From a bacterium (GTDB lineage Bacteria > Cyanobacteriota > Vampirovibrionia > Gastranaerophilales > JBAXKC01), in assembly GCA_037137535.1 (NCBI GenBank), contig JBAXKC010000008.1:1-64000 (forward strand): a stretch of 64,000 nt of DNA, written 5' to 3'. The position numbers and the translations under genes are program-made. Position 1 is the stretch's first letter. Every line of letters begins with the position of its first letter. Under the pieces are notes generated by a model. It worked only from the letters and a program-made list of their open reading frames with translations, was not told the DNA's origin and made no database searches. This document shows, piece after piece, positions 9,892 to 19,312 of the stretch.

Positions 9892-9958
9892 CCTATATAA
9901 ATAAGGCTAATCTTAAAAGCAATTATAGCCAGCATCTATAAATAAATTAATATATAGT

Positions 9959-9988
9959 AAAAAGAGCACCAATTAAGGCACTCTTTTT
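9959..9988 (-). terminator. Rho-independent terminator after the Pro/Ala-rich HEAT gene
   Basis: AAAAAGAGTGCC-TTAATT-GGTGCTCTTTTT on the - strand (G:U pairs). Confidence 0.7.
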
Positions 9989-10024
9989 ATTTGTATCGGG
10001 GAAGATACTAATTTAAATGTCAGC

Positions 10025-11227
10025 TTATGCAGCTTTTGGTTGTGGCTGTTCAGCCGGTGGAGCTTCTTGTGCTGCTGGAGCTGCAGCTTGTTCTGCCGGA
10101 GGTGCTACTGGTGCTGCAGGAGTAGGAGCTGGAGGTAATGCAGCTAGAGCCGCTTGAGCTGCTGCTTTTACATTAGGATCAGGATCTCCAGGTTTTTGAG
10201 GGTCATTTGGTACACCCACAACAGCATTTAACAGATCACTTACTGTTGCATTATCTTCAGGCTGAGCTAGGAAGTTTAATGATTGTATCGCTGCTGATCT
10301 AACCTCAGGATTTGGTTCGTTATCAGGACTCATTTTCATAACTAACTCGTTAATACCTGGAAGCTCTGTAATTCCAACAGTTGGTATATTTTGACCTTGT
10401 GTTTTATTTAGATTTTGAATTTCGCCGTTCATAGCGTCTCTAAAATTCTTTTGCATAATTGCTGTTGTGAACATTGCTATTCTTTTATTATCATCAATTG
10501 CTTTAGCGTCTGGTCCTTCAGCTTTTTGATTAAATACTGACACTAATCCTTGTAATACTTCTGGACCAGCAGTCTTCAATAAAGCTGTAGTTTTTTGTGG
10601 ATTATTTTGACCAAGATCAGCTAATTTCTGAATACTTTCAGTTTGTTTTGCAACTGGTCCTTGTAATCCTGCTACCAATTCTTGTGCTTCTGCTTTTGCT
10701 GGATCAGCCGGTGGAGCAGCAGGTGCTGGAGCGGCTGCAACAGGTGCTTGTGCTACAGGAGCAGGAGGTTGTTGTACTGGTGCAGGAGCTTGTGGAGCTA
10801 CTGGAGTTTGAGCAACAGGAGCAGGAGGAGCCTCAACAACTGGCGGAGCTACTGGAGCTGGAGGTGTTGGTGCCACTGCGACAGGTGCTGGAGGTGTTTG
10901 CACAGGAGCCGGAGCCACTTGATCAATTTGTGGAGGTGGCACAGGAACAGGTGCAGGTTGCGTAACTTGAGGTGGAGCTGCTTTAACTTGATTATTTAAC
11001 ATTGGTGCTGCATATGCTGCATAAGCATTTGCTGTACCAGGCTGGTTGCCATAAACTGAATTTTGTTGAACATTATAATACGACTTATCAAGTTGTTGCT
11101 CTTGTTGAATATACGGAGACTGAGCTTGTGGAATATTAGCTGATCCTGCATTTACCGTCGGATTGTAAATGTGAATACCCACTGCCTCCAAATTCTGAGT
11201 AAATCCTGGATTCATTGTTGGTTGCAT
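10025..11227 (-). CDS. Pro/Ala/Gln-rich protein with C-terminal HEAT-like repeats
   Basis: Long PAPVA-type low-complexity linker; HEAT-like EPNPEVRSAAIQSL and DPDPNVKAAAQAAL; RBS AAGGGGA. Confidence 0.75.
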   Translation of the reverse strand: MQPTMNPGFTQNLEAVGIHIYNPTVNAGSANIPQAQSPYIQQEQQLDKSYYNVQQNSVYGNQPGTANAYAAYAAPMLNNQVKAAPPQVTQPAPVPVPPPQIDQVAPAPVQTPPAPVAVAPTPPAPVAPPVVEAPPAPVAQTPVAPQAPAPVQQPPAPVAQAPVAAAPAPAAPPADPAKAEAQELVAGLQGPVAKQTESIQKLADLGQNNPQKTTALLKTAGPEVLQGLVSVFNQKAEGPDAKAIDDNKRIAMFTTAIMQKNFRDAMNGEIQNLNKTQGQNIPTVGITELPGINELVMKMSPDNEPNPEVRSAAIQSLNFLAQPEDNATVSDLLNAVVGVPNDPQKPGDPDPNVKAAAQAALAALPPAPTPAAPVAPPAEQAAAPAAQEAPPAEQPQPKAA

Positions 11228-11398
11228 TTATCTTCCCCTTATTTATACTAGATTTACCAATTATTAATATTCTTTCTAATAAGTTAAAATCAACTAAGTG
11301 TAAAAAATTGCTATTTTAAATGTATTTTGTTAACGAATGTAAACTATATTTTTTAAATTGGCTAAACATTATAAGCCTCAAATTAAATAATAGCTTTA

Positions 11399-11827
11399 TT
11401 ATTTCTTACCAATGCCTACAACATCAGTTAAGAGTATTTTTGCTCCTCCTAAAATTAATCCGGCTGCGCATAAACCTCCAAATACACCGGGTAAAGCAAC
11501 AGCACCCACACAAAGACCTAATGGTAAAGAATAGCCAACCATTTGACTGGTTATACTTGTAGCTACATTTTTAATCCTTCTGAAATGCTCAACTAATCTG
11601 TCATCTAATAATTGAACACGTCTACTTGATTTTAAACTTTCTAGAGCTTCACTGTTAATAGAGGAACTTTGATGTTTGATAAAAACATCACATATTTCAT
11701 CAGCAGTTTGAACATCAGTATCACCATAGCCAAGTTTAGTTCCTGCTTTGAATGCTTCATGTGTTATTAAAGCTCCTGCAAGAATTCCTATAGCTTTTGG
11801 TACTCCGGTTCCTATACTTGATACCAT
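11399..11827 (-). CDS. Hypothetical membrane protein with Gly-rich hydrophobic C-terminal hairpin
   Basis: 142 aa; hydrophobic N-terminal segment and C-terminal GLCVGAVALPGVFGGLCAAGLILGG; RBS GGGGGA overlaps the upstream stop codon. Confidence 0.7.
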   Translation of the reverse strand: MVSSIGTGVPKAIGILAGALITHEAFKAGTKLGYGDTDVQTADEICDVFIKHQSSSINSEALESLKSSRRVQLLDDRLVEHFRRIKNVATSITSQMVGYSLPLGLCVGAVALPGVFGGLCAAGLILGGAKILLTDVVGIGKK

Positions 11828-11836
11828 GTTGTCCCC

Positions 11837-12886
11837 CTATCCTGCTAAGAAATTTAGCCTTTTACCTACTTCAGGCTCTTTCTCTTGTTTTTCTTGATTT
11901 TTTTGTTCAGCTGCCTTTTGTTCAGCTACTTTATTATCTTTATACTCCTTAAATTCTTTTGAATTTCTAGTATTCTTATAATCTTTAAACTCTGTAAAAT
12001 CCTTAGTATCTTTTAATTGTTTATATTCTCTTAAATCATTAACATCTTTATCTTTTTTAGATGCTTTATCATATTCAAGGTTATTATCACCTGCACGTTT
12101 CAAGAGAATTTGTGAAGCTGTCATAGCATCTTGATTAAAAACTTTATCTGATTTTTGCATTTTGGTTAATAATTCATAAGTAAAATCATCACCTTTGGCA
12201 TATCCTGCATCAAGAACCATTAACGAATATAATCTTATTTTTTGATTTTCATCTTGTAAAGCGTAATTCAATAAATTTGTTAATGCTTGATTGCTTTTTC
12301 TTGTGTCGTCTTCTTTAAACCTTTTTAAAAGTTCTTTAACCCCCATTAATCTAATATCAGGATTTTCATTTTTAATATAATTTTCTAAAGTCATAATGTA
12401 TTCTTTTGTAAGTGGAATTACAGGCTTTTTTTCTTTAGCTTCTGTTTTTTTGCTTTCTGTCTTTGTTTCATCTTTTTTTTCTTCAGTCTTTTTATCTTTA
12501 TCTGGAGATAAGTTTTGAGCCGCAATATTATTTTGAACAGGAGCAGGCTGTACAACAGGTGAAATTACCGGCGCTGTCGGTGCAACTGGCTGTTGTACTT
12601 GTGGCGCTGTTTTTGCAGTTGAAACAAATTGATCCTGAATAGGCTGTCCTGCAAGTGCATTACCAGCTTGTGGAGGTGGTAACTGTTGATTACTGTTTGC
12701 GCCTCCTGTTGATACTGTCGGATTATTAATAAAAATTTGAACAGCTCCAACACTTGCAGTTGGACCTTGAGGCGCTTGATTTGGAGCCGCGATATTAGCA
12801 GGAGTTTGAGCCACCTGTCTGCTAATTGGATTAGCTGTAGGCATATTTTGGGTATTTGAATTAATATTATTTATACTAGATACCAT
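11837..12886 (-). CDS. Low-complexity protein with HEAT-like repeats
   Basis: Q/P/A/N-rich N-half; HEAT-like NENPDIRLMGVKEL and DENQKIRLYSLMVL; charged C-tail; RBS GGGGGA. Confidence 0.75.
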   Translation of the reverse strand: MVSSINNINSNTQNMPTANPISRQVAQTPANIAAPNQAPQGPTASVGAVQIFINNPTVSTGGANSNQQLPPPQAGNALAGQPIQDQFVSTAKTAPQVQQPVAPTAPVISPVVQPAPVQNNIAAQNLSPDKDKKTEEKKDETKTESKKTEAKEKKPVIPLTKEYIMTLENYIKNENPDIRLMGVKELLKRFKEDDTRKSNQALTNLLNYALQDENQKIRLYSLMVLDAGYAKGDDFTYELLTKMQKSDKVFNQDAMTASQILLKRAGDNNLEYDKASKKDKDVNDLREYKQLKDTKDFTEFKDYKNTRNSKEFKEYKDNKVAEQKAAEQKNQEKQEKEPEVGKRLNFLAG

Positions 12887-12921
12887 ATTTCCCCCAAAAG
12901 TTGACTAAAATATCGCTTACT

Positions 12922-12983
12922 TATATAAACAATTATTATTTGAGATAGTTGCTTATTTATAAATTAATATTAATATTTCTTAA
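12922..12983 (-). promoter_or_regulatory. Putative promoter motif AGCAA-N15-ATTGTTTATATA with upstream TTAAGAAATATTA box
   Basis: The same boxes, with the same 15-nt spacer, recur at 58904-58977. Confidence 0.55.
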
Positions 12984-13001
12984 CATGTTTTATATTGCAT
13001 A

Positions 13002-13035
13002 AAAAAATACTTCTGTTTGACCAGAAGTATTTTTT
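13002..13035 (-). terminator. Rho-independent terminator of fba
   Basis: AAAAAATACTTCTG-TTTGAC-CAGAAGTATTTTTT perfect inverted repeat. Confidence 0.8.
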
Positions 13036-13061
13036 AAATTATTCAATATTTGAATAAAAAA

Positions 13062-14009
13062 CTATGCTTTACCTGATGTTCCAAGAACGTCCATTTTATG
13101 AAGAACTAATTCTTTAACAGCTTTTCTAGCAGGTGTTAAATATTGTCTTGGATCGAAGTGACCAGGATTTTCCATAAAGTATTTTCTGATAGCTCCGGTA
13201 AATGCAAGTCTTAAATCAGTATCAATGTTGATTTTAGCAACACCTAATTGTGTAGCTTGTGTAAACATTGGTTCAGGAACACCCTGAGTTCCAGGGATAT
13301 CAGCACCGAATTCATTACAGATGTCAACAAGATGCTTAGGAACGCTTGAAGCACCGTGAAGAACTAATGGAAATTCTTTTCCAACTGCTGCTTGAATTTC
13401 GCCAAGTCTTTCAAAGTCTAATTTAGCTTCGCCTTTGAATTTGAAAGCACCGTGGCTTGTTCCGATAGCAACCGCTAATGAATCACATCCTGTTCTTTCT
13501 ACGAATTCTTTAGCTTCTCTTGGGTTTGTATAAATAGCATCTTTTTCGCTAACTGAAATATCGTCTTCAACACCAGCTAATCTGCCAAGCTCAGCTTCAA
13601 CAGTTACGCCTCTTTCGTGAGCATAGTCAACAACTTTTTTAGTAATAGCAATATTTTCTTCAAAAGTATGTTTTGATCCGTCGATCATAACTGATGAGAA
13701 TCCACCATCGATACAAGCTTTACAAATTTCAAAATCTTCACCATGATCAAGGTGTAATGCTATAGGAACTGAAGTTGAGTTTAAAGCAGCTTCAACAAGT
13801 TTAATTAAATATTCTTGGCTAGCATATTTTCTAGCGCCTGCTGATACTTGAAGAATTAATGGAGCTCTTTTTTCATTAGCAGCTTCTGCTATTGCTTGAA
13901 GAATTTCCATATTGTTTACGTTGTATGCACCAACAGCATATTTACCTTCAAGAGCTTTTTTGAAAAGTTCTGATGTTGAAACCAATTGTCTTGAGCTACA
14001 AAGTGCCAT
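13062..14009 (-). CDS. fba: Class II fructose-1,6-bisphosphate aldolase
   Basis: AVGAYNVNNME, LHLDHG, SSVMIDGS, VEAELG, AIGTSHGA, LVLHGASS, KINIDTD. Confidence 0.97.
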   Translation of the reverse strand: MALCSSRQLVSTSELFKKALEGKYAVGAYNVNNMEILQAIAEAANEKRAPLILQVSAGARKYASQEYLIKLVEAALNSTSVPIALHLDHGEDFEICKACIDGGFSSVMIDGSKHTFEENIAITKKVVDYAHERGVTVEAELGRLAGVEDDISVSEKDAIYTNPREAKEFVERTGCDSLAVAIGTSHGAFKFKGEAKLDFERLGEIQAAVGKEFPLVLHGASSVPKHLVDICNEFGADIPGTQGVPEPMFTQATQLGVAKINIDTDLRLAFTGAIRKYFMENPGHFDPRQYLTPARKAVKELVLHKMDVLGTSGKA

Positions 14010-14214
14010 AATAATAAATCTCCTACTGTGTAACTAAACTATATCTACATAAATGAATATTTCTAATAATACGTTGAGTTTACAACGAAAAAAAATAACT
14101 GACAAGATATTTAAGTTTTATTAACTTTATTAACGTTATAACGATTATAATTGAAGTTTAGGTTTATTTCTTTTATACTCAATATTAACGCTACTTTTAG
14201 CTATTGAGGCAAGA

Positions 14215-14550
14215 ATGAAAAACCAACGATGGTACGAAGAAAACTCTCAATTAAAAATAATAATGGAGACACTAAGCTCTTTAAGCGAAGAAGTGCAAGT
14301 GGCTGTAGCTAATGATGTTATACAAATGATACTTGAACACAAAAGCAATTATACTGATGAATTTATTGAAAAAATTCACTTAATACATTATCCTGTCGGC
14401 AGAAGATGGTATGACAAGAATGAAACGGTTTTAGCTGCAATAGAAATGATAAAACATATTGAAAAAGAAAAACAACAGGATTTACTTTTAGAAATTTTAT
14501 ATTCCATTCTATATTTCAATCAAACTTCCCCTAGTATTGACAGCATTTAA
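14215..14550 (+). CDS. Hypothetical protein with two internal RWY repeats
   Basis: QRWYEENSQL... and RRWYDKNETV... halves; RBS GAGG; adjacent to acpS. Confidence 0.7.
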   Translation: MKNQRWYEENSQLKIIMETLSSLSEEVQVAVANDVIQMILEHKSNYTDEFIEKIHLIHYPVGRRWYDKNETVLAAIEMIKHIEKEKQQDLLLEILYSILYFNQTSPSIDSI

Positions 14551-14559
14551 AGGATATAT

Positions 14560-14955
14560 ATGAAATTATATTTAGGTACTGATATTTGCGAAGTAAATAG
14601 AATTAAAAAATTTCATATTAAATTTAACGATAAATTTCTTAATAAAATTTTCACTACATCAGAAATTAATTATTGCACAATGCAACCAAAAAAAATGTAT
14701 CAAAGTTTAACTGCAAGATTTGCAGTTAAAGAAGCGGTGTCAAAAGCATTAGGCGTTGGTATTAACGGTTTAGGCTGGAAAAACGGCATTGATTTTAAGG
14801 ATGTTGAAATAATAAGAAGCGAAAATGGCAGCATTTCCCTACTTCTATCTGGAAAAGCTCTGATTTTTCAAAACAAATTAAAGATAAACAATTGGTCAGT
14901 AAGTGTTTCACATTCAGAGAATTATGCAACAGCGACTGTTATAGGTTACCTATAA
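14560..14955 (+). CDS. acpS: Holo-[acyl-carrier-protein] synthase
   Basis: GTDICE, ARFAVKEAVSKALG, VSVSHS motifs. Confidence 0.95.
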   Translation: MKLYLGTDICEVNRIKKFHIKFNDKFLNKIFTTSEINYCTMQPKKMYQSLTARFAVKEAVSKALGVGINGLGWKNGIDFKDVEIIRSENGSISLLLSGKALIFQNKLKINNWSVSVSHSENYATATVIGYL

Positions 14956-14960
14956 CATAT

Positions 14961-15950
14961 TTAAAGAATAATACCTTCATGTTTAAGGTCAGCTTCAACC
15001 ATTAATTTTACAAGCTCTTTAAAGGAAGTTTTTGGTGTCCAATTTAATTGTTTTTTAGCTTTTGAAGCATCACCAATTAACAAATCAACTTCTGCAGGTC
15101 TGAAATATCTTGGGTCTATTTCAACATACTTTTCCCAATCAAGATTAACTATTGAAAAGGCTTCAGTTAAAAAATCTTTTACTGAATAGGTTTCGCCTGT
15201 TGCTATGACATAATCTTCTGGTTTATCTTGCTGAAGCATTAACCACATTGCCTCAACATAATCTTTTGCATAACCCCAATCTCTTTTGGAGTCTAAGTTT
15301 CCTAGATAAAGTTTGTTTTGTTTGCCGCTCACAATTTTTGCTAAAGCTTTTGTGATTTTTTTAGTAACAAAAGTTTCGCCTCTTCTTGGTGATTCGTGAT
15401 TAAATAAAATTCCGTTACAAGCAAACAAGTCATAACTTTCTCTATAGTTTACAGTTAGCCAATAAGCATAGACCTTCGCACAAGCATAAGGGCTTCTTGG
15501 GTAAAATGGAGTTGTTTCTTTTTGCGGAACTTCCAAAACTTTACCATACATTTCACTTGAAGATGCTTGATAAAACTTAGTTTTAATTTGACTCTCACGA
15601 ATCGCATCTAAAATTCTTAAGGTACCAAGTCCTGTCACATCAGCAGTATATTCGGGAATATCAAAACTAACTCTTACATGACTTTGTGCCCCAAGGTGAT
15701 AAATCTCATCGGGAGCAATTTTTTCTATTAATCGAGAAATATTTGAAGAGTCAGCTAAATCTCCAAAATGCAAGAGCATGTTTGCTTTTTCATCATGCGG
15801 ATCAACGTATAAGTCATCAATTCTTTCAGTATTAAAACTACTTGATCGTCTAATAATCCCATGAACCTCATAGCCCTTATCTAAAAGCAATTCAGCTAGA
15901 TATGAACCATCTTGTCCTGTAATACCGGTAATAAGAGCTTTTTTGGACAT
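14961..15950 (-). CDS. gmd: GDP-mannose 4,6-dehydratase
   Basis: [52 protein letters not shown]. Confidence 0.97.
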   Translation of the reverse strand: MSKKALITGITGQDGSYLAELLLDKGYEVHGIIRRSSSFNTERIDDLYVDPHDEKANMLLHFGDLADSSNISRLIEKIAPDEIYHLGAQSHVRVSFDIPEYTADVTGLGTLRILDAIRESQIKTKFYQASSSEMYGKVLEVPQKETTPFYPRSPYACAKVYAYWLTVNYRESYDLFACNGILFNHESPRRGETFVTKKITKALAKIVSGKQNKLYLGNLDSKRDWGYAKDYVEAMWLMLQQDKPEDYVIATGETYSVKDFLTEAFSIVNLDWEKYVEIDPRYFRPAEVDLLIGDASKAKKQLNWTPKTSFKELVKLMVEADLKHEGIIL

Positions 15951-16047
15951 TAGAAAAACCTTTCAGCAGCTAAAACTAATTAAACAGATAATTTAGTTAT
16001 ATATTACAACTATTCACTTTGATTTTACAACTCTAAAAGGTTGAAAA

Positions 16048-16989
16048 TTACTTTCTTAAAGTATTATTTGTCAAAAAATCCCGATAAGCAATATTTATAC
16101 CATCATCAAGCGTTGTTTTAGCTTTCCAGCCTAAACTGTTTAATCTTGAAACATCCAGTAATTTTTTCATAGTTCCATCCGGTTTCGTTGTATTATGAAT
16201 AATTTTACCTTGATAACCAACAACATTTATGACTTTCTCAACTAATTCTGAGATGGTACAATCAGCACCTGTACCAATATTAATGAATTCACCAATATCC
16301 TTTGCATCAAAGTTTTCCATTAAGAAAAGACACGCATCGGCTAAATCATCGCTAAATAAAAATTCTCTTTTAGGTGTGCCTGTCCCCCAAACTTCAACTT
16401 CACTTAATCTATTAACTTTAGCTTCATGAAAACGTCTAAGCAGCATTGGGAGAACATGCGCATTTTCAGAATGATAATTATCATTAATTCCATATAAATT
16501 CGATGGCATTACAGATAAATAATTAGTATTATATTGTTTATTAAATGCATTACATAGCTTGATACCGGCTATTTTAGCTATTGCATAAGGTTCGTTAGTT
16601 TTTTCCAGCTCAGATGTAAGCAAATATTCTTCTTTCATGGGCTGTGATGTTAATTTTGGATAAATACAACTTGAACCCAAGAATAAAAGTTTTTTAACAT
16701 TAAATTTATAGGAAGCTTCAATAATATTATTTTGTATTTTTAAATTGTCTAATAAAAAGTCTACAGGGAAAGTGCTATTGGCATGTATGCCGCCTACTTT
16801 AGCCGCAGCAAGAAAAACCCAATCAGGCTTATTTTCTTCGACAAATTTTTCAACTGCTGAACAATTTGTCAAATCAAGCTCACTTCTGTCAGCTGTTAAT
16901 ATATTTTCATAACCTTTGCCCTTAAGACATCTATGTAAAGCACTTCCTACAAGTCCATTATGACCTGCCACAAAAACTTTCTTATTCAT
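16048..16989 (-). CDS. fcl: GDP-L-fucose synthase
   Basis: AGHNGLVGSA, AAKVGGI, LGSSCIYP, YAIAKIAG, WGTGTPKREFL. Confidence 0.96.
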   Translation of the reverse strand: MNKKVFVAGHNGLVGSALHRCLKGKGYENILTADRSELDLTNCSAVEKFVEENKPDWVFLAAAKVGGIHANSTFPVDFLLDNLKIQNNIIEASYKFNVKKLLFLGSSCIYPKLTSQPMKEEYLLTSELEKTNEPYAIAKIAGIKLCNAFNKQYNTNYLSVMPSNLYGINDNYHSENAHVLPMLLRRFHEAKVNRLSEVEVWGTGTPKREFLFSDDLADACLFLMENFDAKDIGEFINIGTGADCTISELVEKVINVVGYQGKIIHNTTKPDGTMKKLLDVSRLNSLGWKAKTTLDDGINIAYRDFLTNNTLRK

Positions 16990-17175
16990 TTAAACAACCA
17001 AAATATCTGATATTATTGTTCTATAATACATAATTCGCAGATATTTGCCAATTAATATAATTAATATGTTGTTTCTTTAAAAATATCAATTATTTCGACT
17101 AAGTAATAAAATTTCAGATATGTTATTATTTTTATATTATTAATTAATGTAAAAATAGCTTAATTGGATTAAATA

Positions 17176-18183
17176 ATGGATTTAAATGGATCAAGTGTAT
17201 TAATAACTGGCGGAACAGGCTCATTTGGCAAAAAGTTCATTGAAACTATTCTTACCAATCATCCTGAAATAGAAAGAATAGTTGTATTTTCACGTGATGA
17301 ATTAAAACAATTTGAAATGTCAAACATGCCACAATTTAAAAATAATAAAAAATTACGTTTTTTTATTGGTGATGTTAGAGATAAAGATAGACTATACAGA
17401 GCTTTTAACGGTATTGATATCGTCATTCATGCGGCGGCTCTGAAGCAAGTTCCAAGTTGCGAATATAATCCATTTGAGGCTATTAAAACAAATGTCATTG
17501 GAGCTCAAAACGTTATTGATGCAGCAATTGACAGAAATGTAAAAAAAGTTGTTGCATTAAGTACAGACAAAGCCTGCGCACCGATTAATCTATATGGAGC
17601 AACAAAGCTATGCTCGGATAAGTTGTTTATTGCAGGTAATTCTTATGCAGGTGATGGAGATACAAGATTCTCCGTAGTAAGATACGGCAATGTTGCAGGC
17701 AGCAGAGGCTCTGTAATTCCATTTTTTCAGAAATTAATTAATGAGGGAGCAACAGAATTACCTATAACTAATTTTGAAATGACAAGATTTTGGTTAAAAT
17801 TAGAGCAAGCCGTTGATATGGTATTAATCGCACTCGATAAAATGACAGGCGGAGAACTTTACGTTAAAAAAATTCCTTCAATGAGAATTATTGACCTTGC
17901 AAAAGCAATGGCTCCTCATTTAGCTCTTAAAGAAGTTGGAATAAGACCCGGTGAAAAAATTCATGAAGCTATGATAACAAAAGAGGACTCACGAAACACT
18001 ATTGAATTGAAAAATCATTACATTATTAAGCCTGACTTTGGTTGGTGGAAAAATGATTTCAATGACAAAATCGGAACTAAAGTCGATGAAAACTTTGAAT
18101 ACAGCAGTGAGACTAATACAGAGTGGTTATCAATCGAGCAAATACAAAAATTATTAATAGAATATGAACATGAAACAGTATAG
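17176..18183 (+). CDS. pseB: UDP-N-acetylglucosamine 4,6-dehydratase (inverting)
   Basis: TGGTGSFG, FSRDELKQ, HAAALKQVP.CEYNP, STDKA..PINLYGATK, RYGNVAGSRGSV. Confidence 0.93.
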   Translation: MDLNGSSVLITGGTGSFGKKFIETILTNHPEIERIVVFSRDELKQFEMSNMPQFKNNKKLRFFIGDVRDKDRLYRAFNGIDIVIHAAALKQVPSCEYNPFEAIKTNVIGAQNVIDAAIDRNVKKVVALSTDKACAPINLYGATKLCSDKLFIAGNSYAGDGDTRFSVVRYGNVAGSRGSVIPFFQKLINEGATELPITNFEMTRFWLKLEQAVDMVLIALDKMTGGELYVKKIPSMRIIDLAKAMAPHLALKEVGIRPGEKIHEAMITKEDSRNTIELKNHYIIKPDFGWWKNDFNDKIGTKVDENFEYSSETNTEWLSIEQIQKLLIEYEHETV

Positions 18184-19312
18184 CTACGGAAAACAATCTA
18201 TTACTTTGAGCGATATTTGGGAAGTAGTTAAAGTCCTAAAATCTCCATATTTAACTCAGGGCCCTAAAGTTCAAGAATTTGAAAAAGAACTTTGCGAATA
18301 TACAGGTGCAAAGTATGCTGTTGCTGTTTCTAACGGGACAGCAGCATTACATTTATGTATGTTAGCTCTAGGTATAACTAATGGCGATGAAGTCATTACA
18401 TCTCCAATAACTTTTTTAGCCTCGGCTAATTGCGTGCGTTATGTCGGAGCTGACGTTAAATTTGCCGATATCGAAGCAGAAACGGCGTTGATAGATGCAG
18501 AGTTAATTCAAGAAAATATAACTTCACAAACAAAATGCATTATTCCTGTCCACTTTGCAGGTCAATCTTGTGATATGGAAAAAATTTATAAAATTGCACA
18601 ACGAAATAATTTGTTTGTTATTGAAGATGCGGCACATGCAATTGGTAGTGAATATAAAGGGAATAAAGTCGGCTCTTGTAAATATTCTGATATGACTATT
18701 TTTTCTTTTCATCCTGTTAAAACACTAACAACAGGTGAAGGTGGAGCAATAACAACAAATAATAAAGAATTATATGAAAAACTGCTTTCATTAAGGTCGC
18801 ATGGAGTTGTACGAGATACATCACTCATGAAAGAAAATCATGGTGTTTGGTATCATGAAATGCACGAATTAGGTTTTAACTATAGATTGACTGACCTACA
18901 AGCAGCTTTAGGTATTTCTCAGCTCAAAAAACTTGATAATTTTGTTGAAAAAAGAAGAAAGATTGTCAGTATTTATTTAGAGGAATTTGGCATGGATGAA
19001 AGATTCTCATTTTTAGCCGAAAAAAATTATTCTAAAGCAGCATTTCACTTATTTCCGCTTTTAATAAATTTTGATATAGTAAAAACAGATAAACAAGAAA
19101 TTTTTACAGAATTAAAAAATAGGGGACTACATCTTCAAGTTCATTATATTCCTGTAAATACTCAGCCTTATTATAAAAATTTATATGGTAATATAATTTG
19201 TGAAAATGCACTCAATTATTATCAACGAACTATTTCCTTGCCGTTATATCCACAGCTAAACAAAAGTGATATTAAAGACATAGTTAAAATTATAAAGAAA
19301 GTAGTGAAATAA
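18164..19312 (+). CDS. pseC: UDP-4-amino-4,6-dideoxy-N-acetyl-L-altrosamine transaminase (DegT family)
   Basis: YGKQSI, LTQGPKV, IEDAAHA, FSFHPVK, SHG, GFNYRLTD; directly follows pseB. Confidence 0.9.
   Translation: MNMKQYSYGKQSITLSDIWEVVKVLKSPYLTQGPKVQEFEKELCEYTGAKYAVAVSNGTAALHLCMLALGITNGDEVITSPITFLASANCVRYVGADVKFADIEAETALIDAELIQENITSQTKCIIPVHFAGQSCDMEKIYKIAQRNNLFVIEDAAHAIGSEYKGNKVGSCKYSDMTIFSFHPVKTLTTGEGGAITTNNKELYEKLLSLRSHGVVRDTSLMKENHGVWYHEMHELGFNYRLTDLQAALGISQLKKLDNFVEKRRKIVSIYLEEFGMDERFSFLAEKNYSKAAFHLFPLLINFDIVKTDKQEIFTELKNRGLHLQVHYIPVNTQPYYKNLYGNIICENALNYYQRTISLPLYPQLNKSDIKDIVKIIKKVVK

Noticed and set aside
10597-10999. Plus-strand ORFs (122 aa and Cys/Trp/Arg-rich 105 aa)
   Set aside because: Shadows of the GC-richer Pro/Ala codon repeats on the - strand
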